From: Candidatus Omnitrophota bacterium
Lineage (GTDB): Bacteria > Omnitrophota > Gorgyraeia > Tantalellales > Tantalellaceae
Assembly: GCA_049643885.1 (NCBI GenBank)
Contig: JBARQV010000020.1
Coordinates: forward strand, 10,670-74,669
Direction of reading: 5' to 3'
DNA: 64,000 bases
Below the pieces are notes generated by a model. That model searched no databases. It saw only the letters and a list, made by a program, of their open reading frames with translations, and was not told the DNA's origin. Each line of letters opens with the position of its first letter. Within the stretch, counting starts at the first letter, position 1. Of the stretch, positions 36,435 through 64,000 are shown one piece after another. The position numbers were made by a program, and so were the translations under genes.

Positions 36435-64000
<27,566 letters not shown>

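Overview
Three co-directional giant ORFs on the + strand fill about 98% of this 64-kb window. Gene 1 is the C-terminal 2302 aa of a protein whose 5' end lies outside the window (2..6910). Gene 2 is complete at 9423 aa (7096..35367). Gene 3 is at least 9188 aa and runs off the 3' edge (about 36435..>64000). Gene 3 is missing from the supplied ORF table, apparently because it has no stop codon in the window; I confirmed by hand that one reading frame is continuous at six points between 36.7 and 63.5 kb. Genes 2 and 3 are paralogous at their N-termini: a long n-region signal/anchor followed by a domain whose motifs match the TraB/GumN/TIKI superfamily. Gene 2 also contains a divergent but motif-complete SecA-like DEAD motor (motifs I, Ia, II, III, V and VI, at nt 17.2-19.7k). 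It has several multi-pass TM clusters, long E/K/R/A coiled-coil or single-alpha-helix tracts built from perfect 33-bp tandem repeats, and a TPR-rich C-terminal third. Gene 3 carries a histone-H1-like K/A/P tract, eight tandem ~141-aa repeats of an unrecognised family, coiled coil, beta-rich ~64-85-aa modules including a recent 192-bp nucleotide duplication, scattered TM helices, and PBS-lyase-type HEAT repeats near its C-terminus. The only non-giant gene is a minus-strand four-helix-bundle protein (the 23S-rRNA-IVS protein family) flanked by 26-bp inverted repeats. It is inserted exactly between the rho-independent terminator of gene 2 and two near-consensus extended -10 promoters of gene 3. 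The leader of gene 3 and its start codon lie inside an array of about 12 direct CTTGGCRAA motifs. The architecture matches the giant genes reported from Candidatus Omnitrophota (numerous TM regions plus divergent SecA DEAD domains); that taxon call is inference. No rRNA, tRNA or CRISPR was found. All domain calls rest on by-eye motif comparison and no searches were run.
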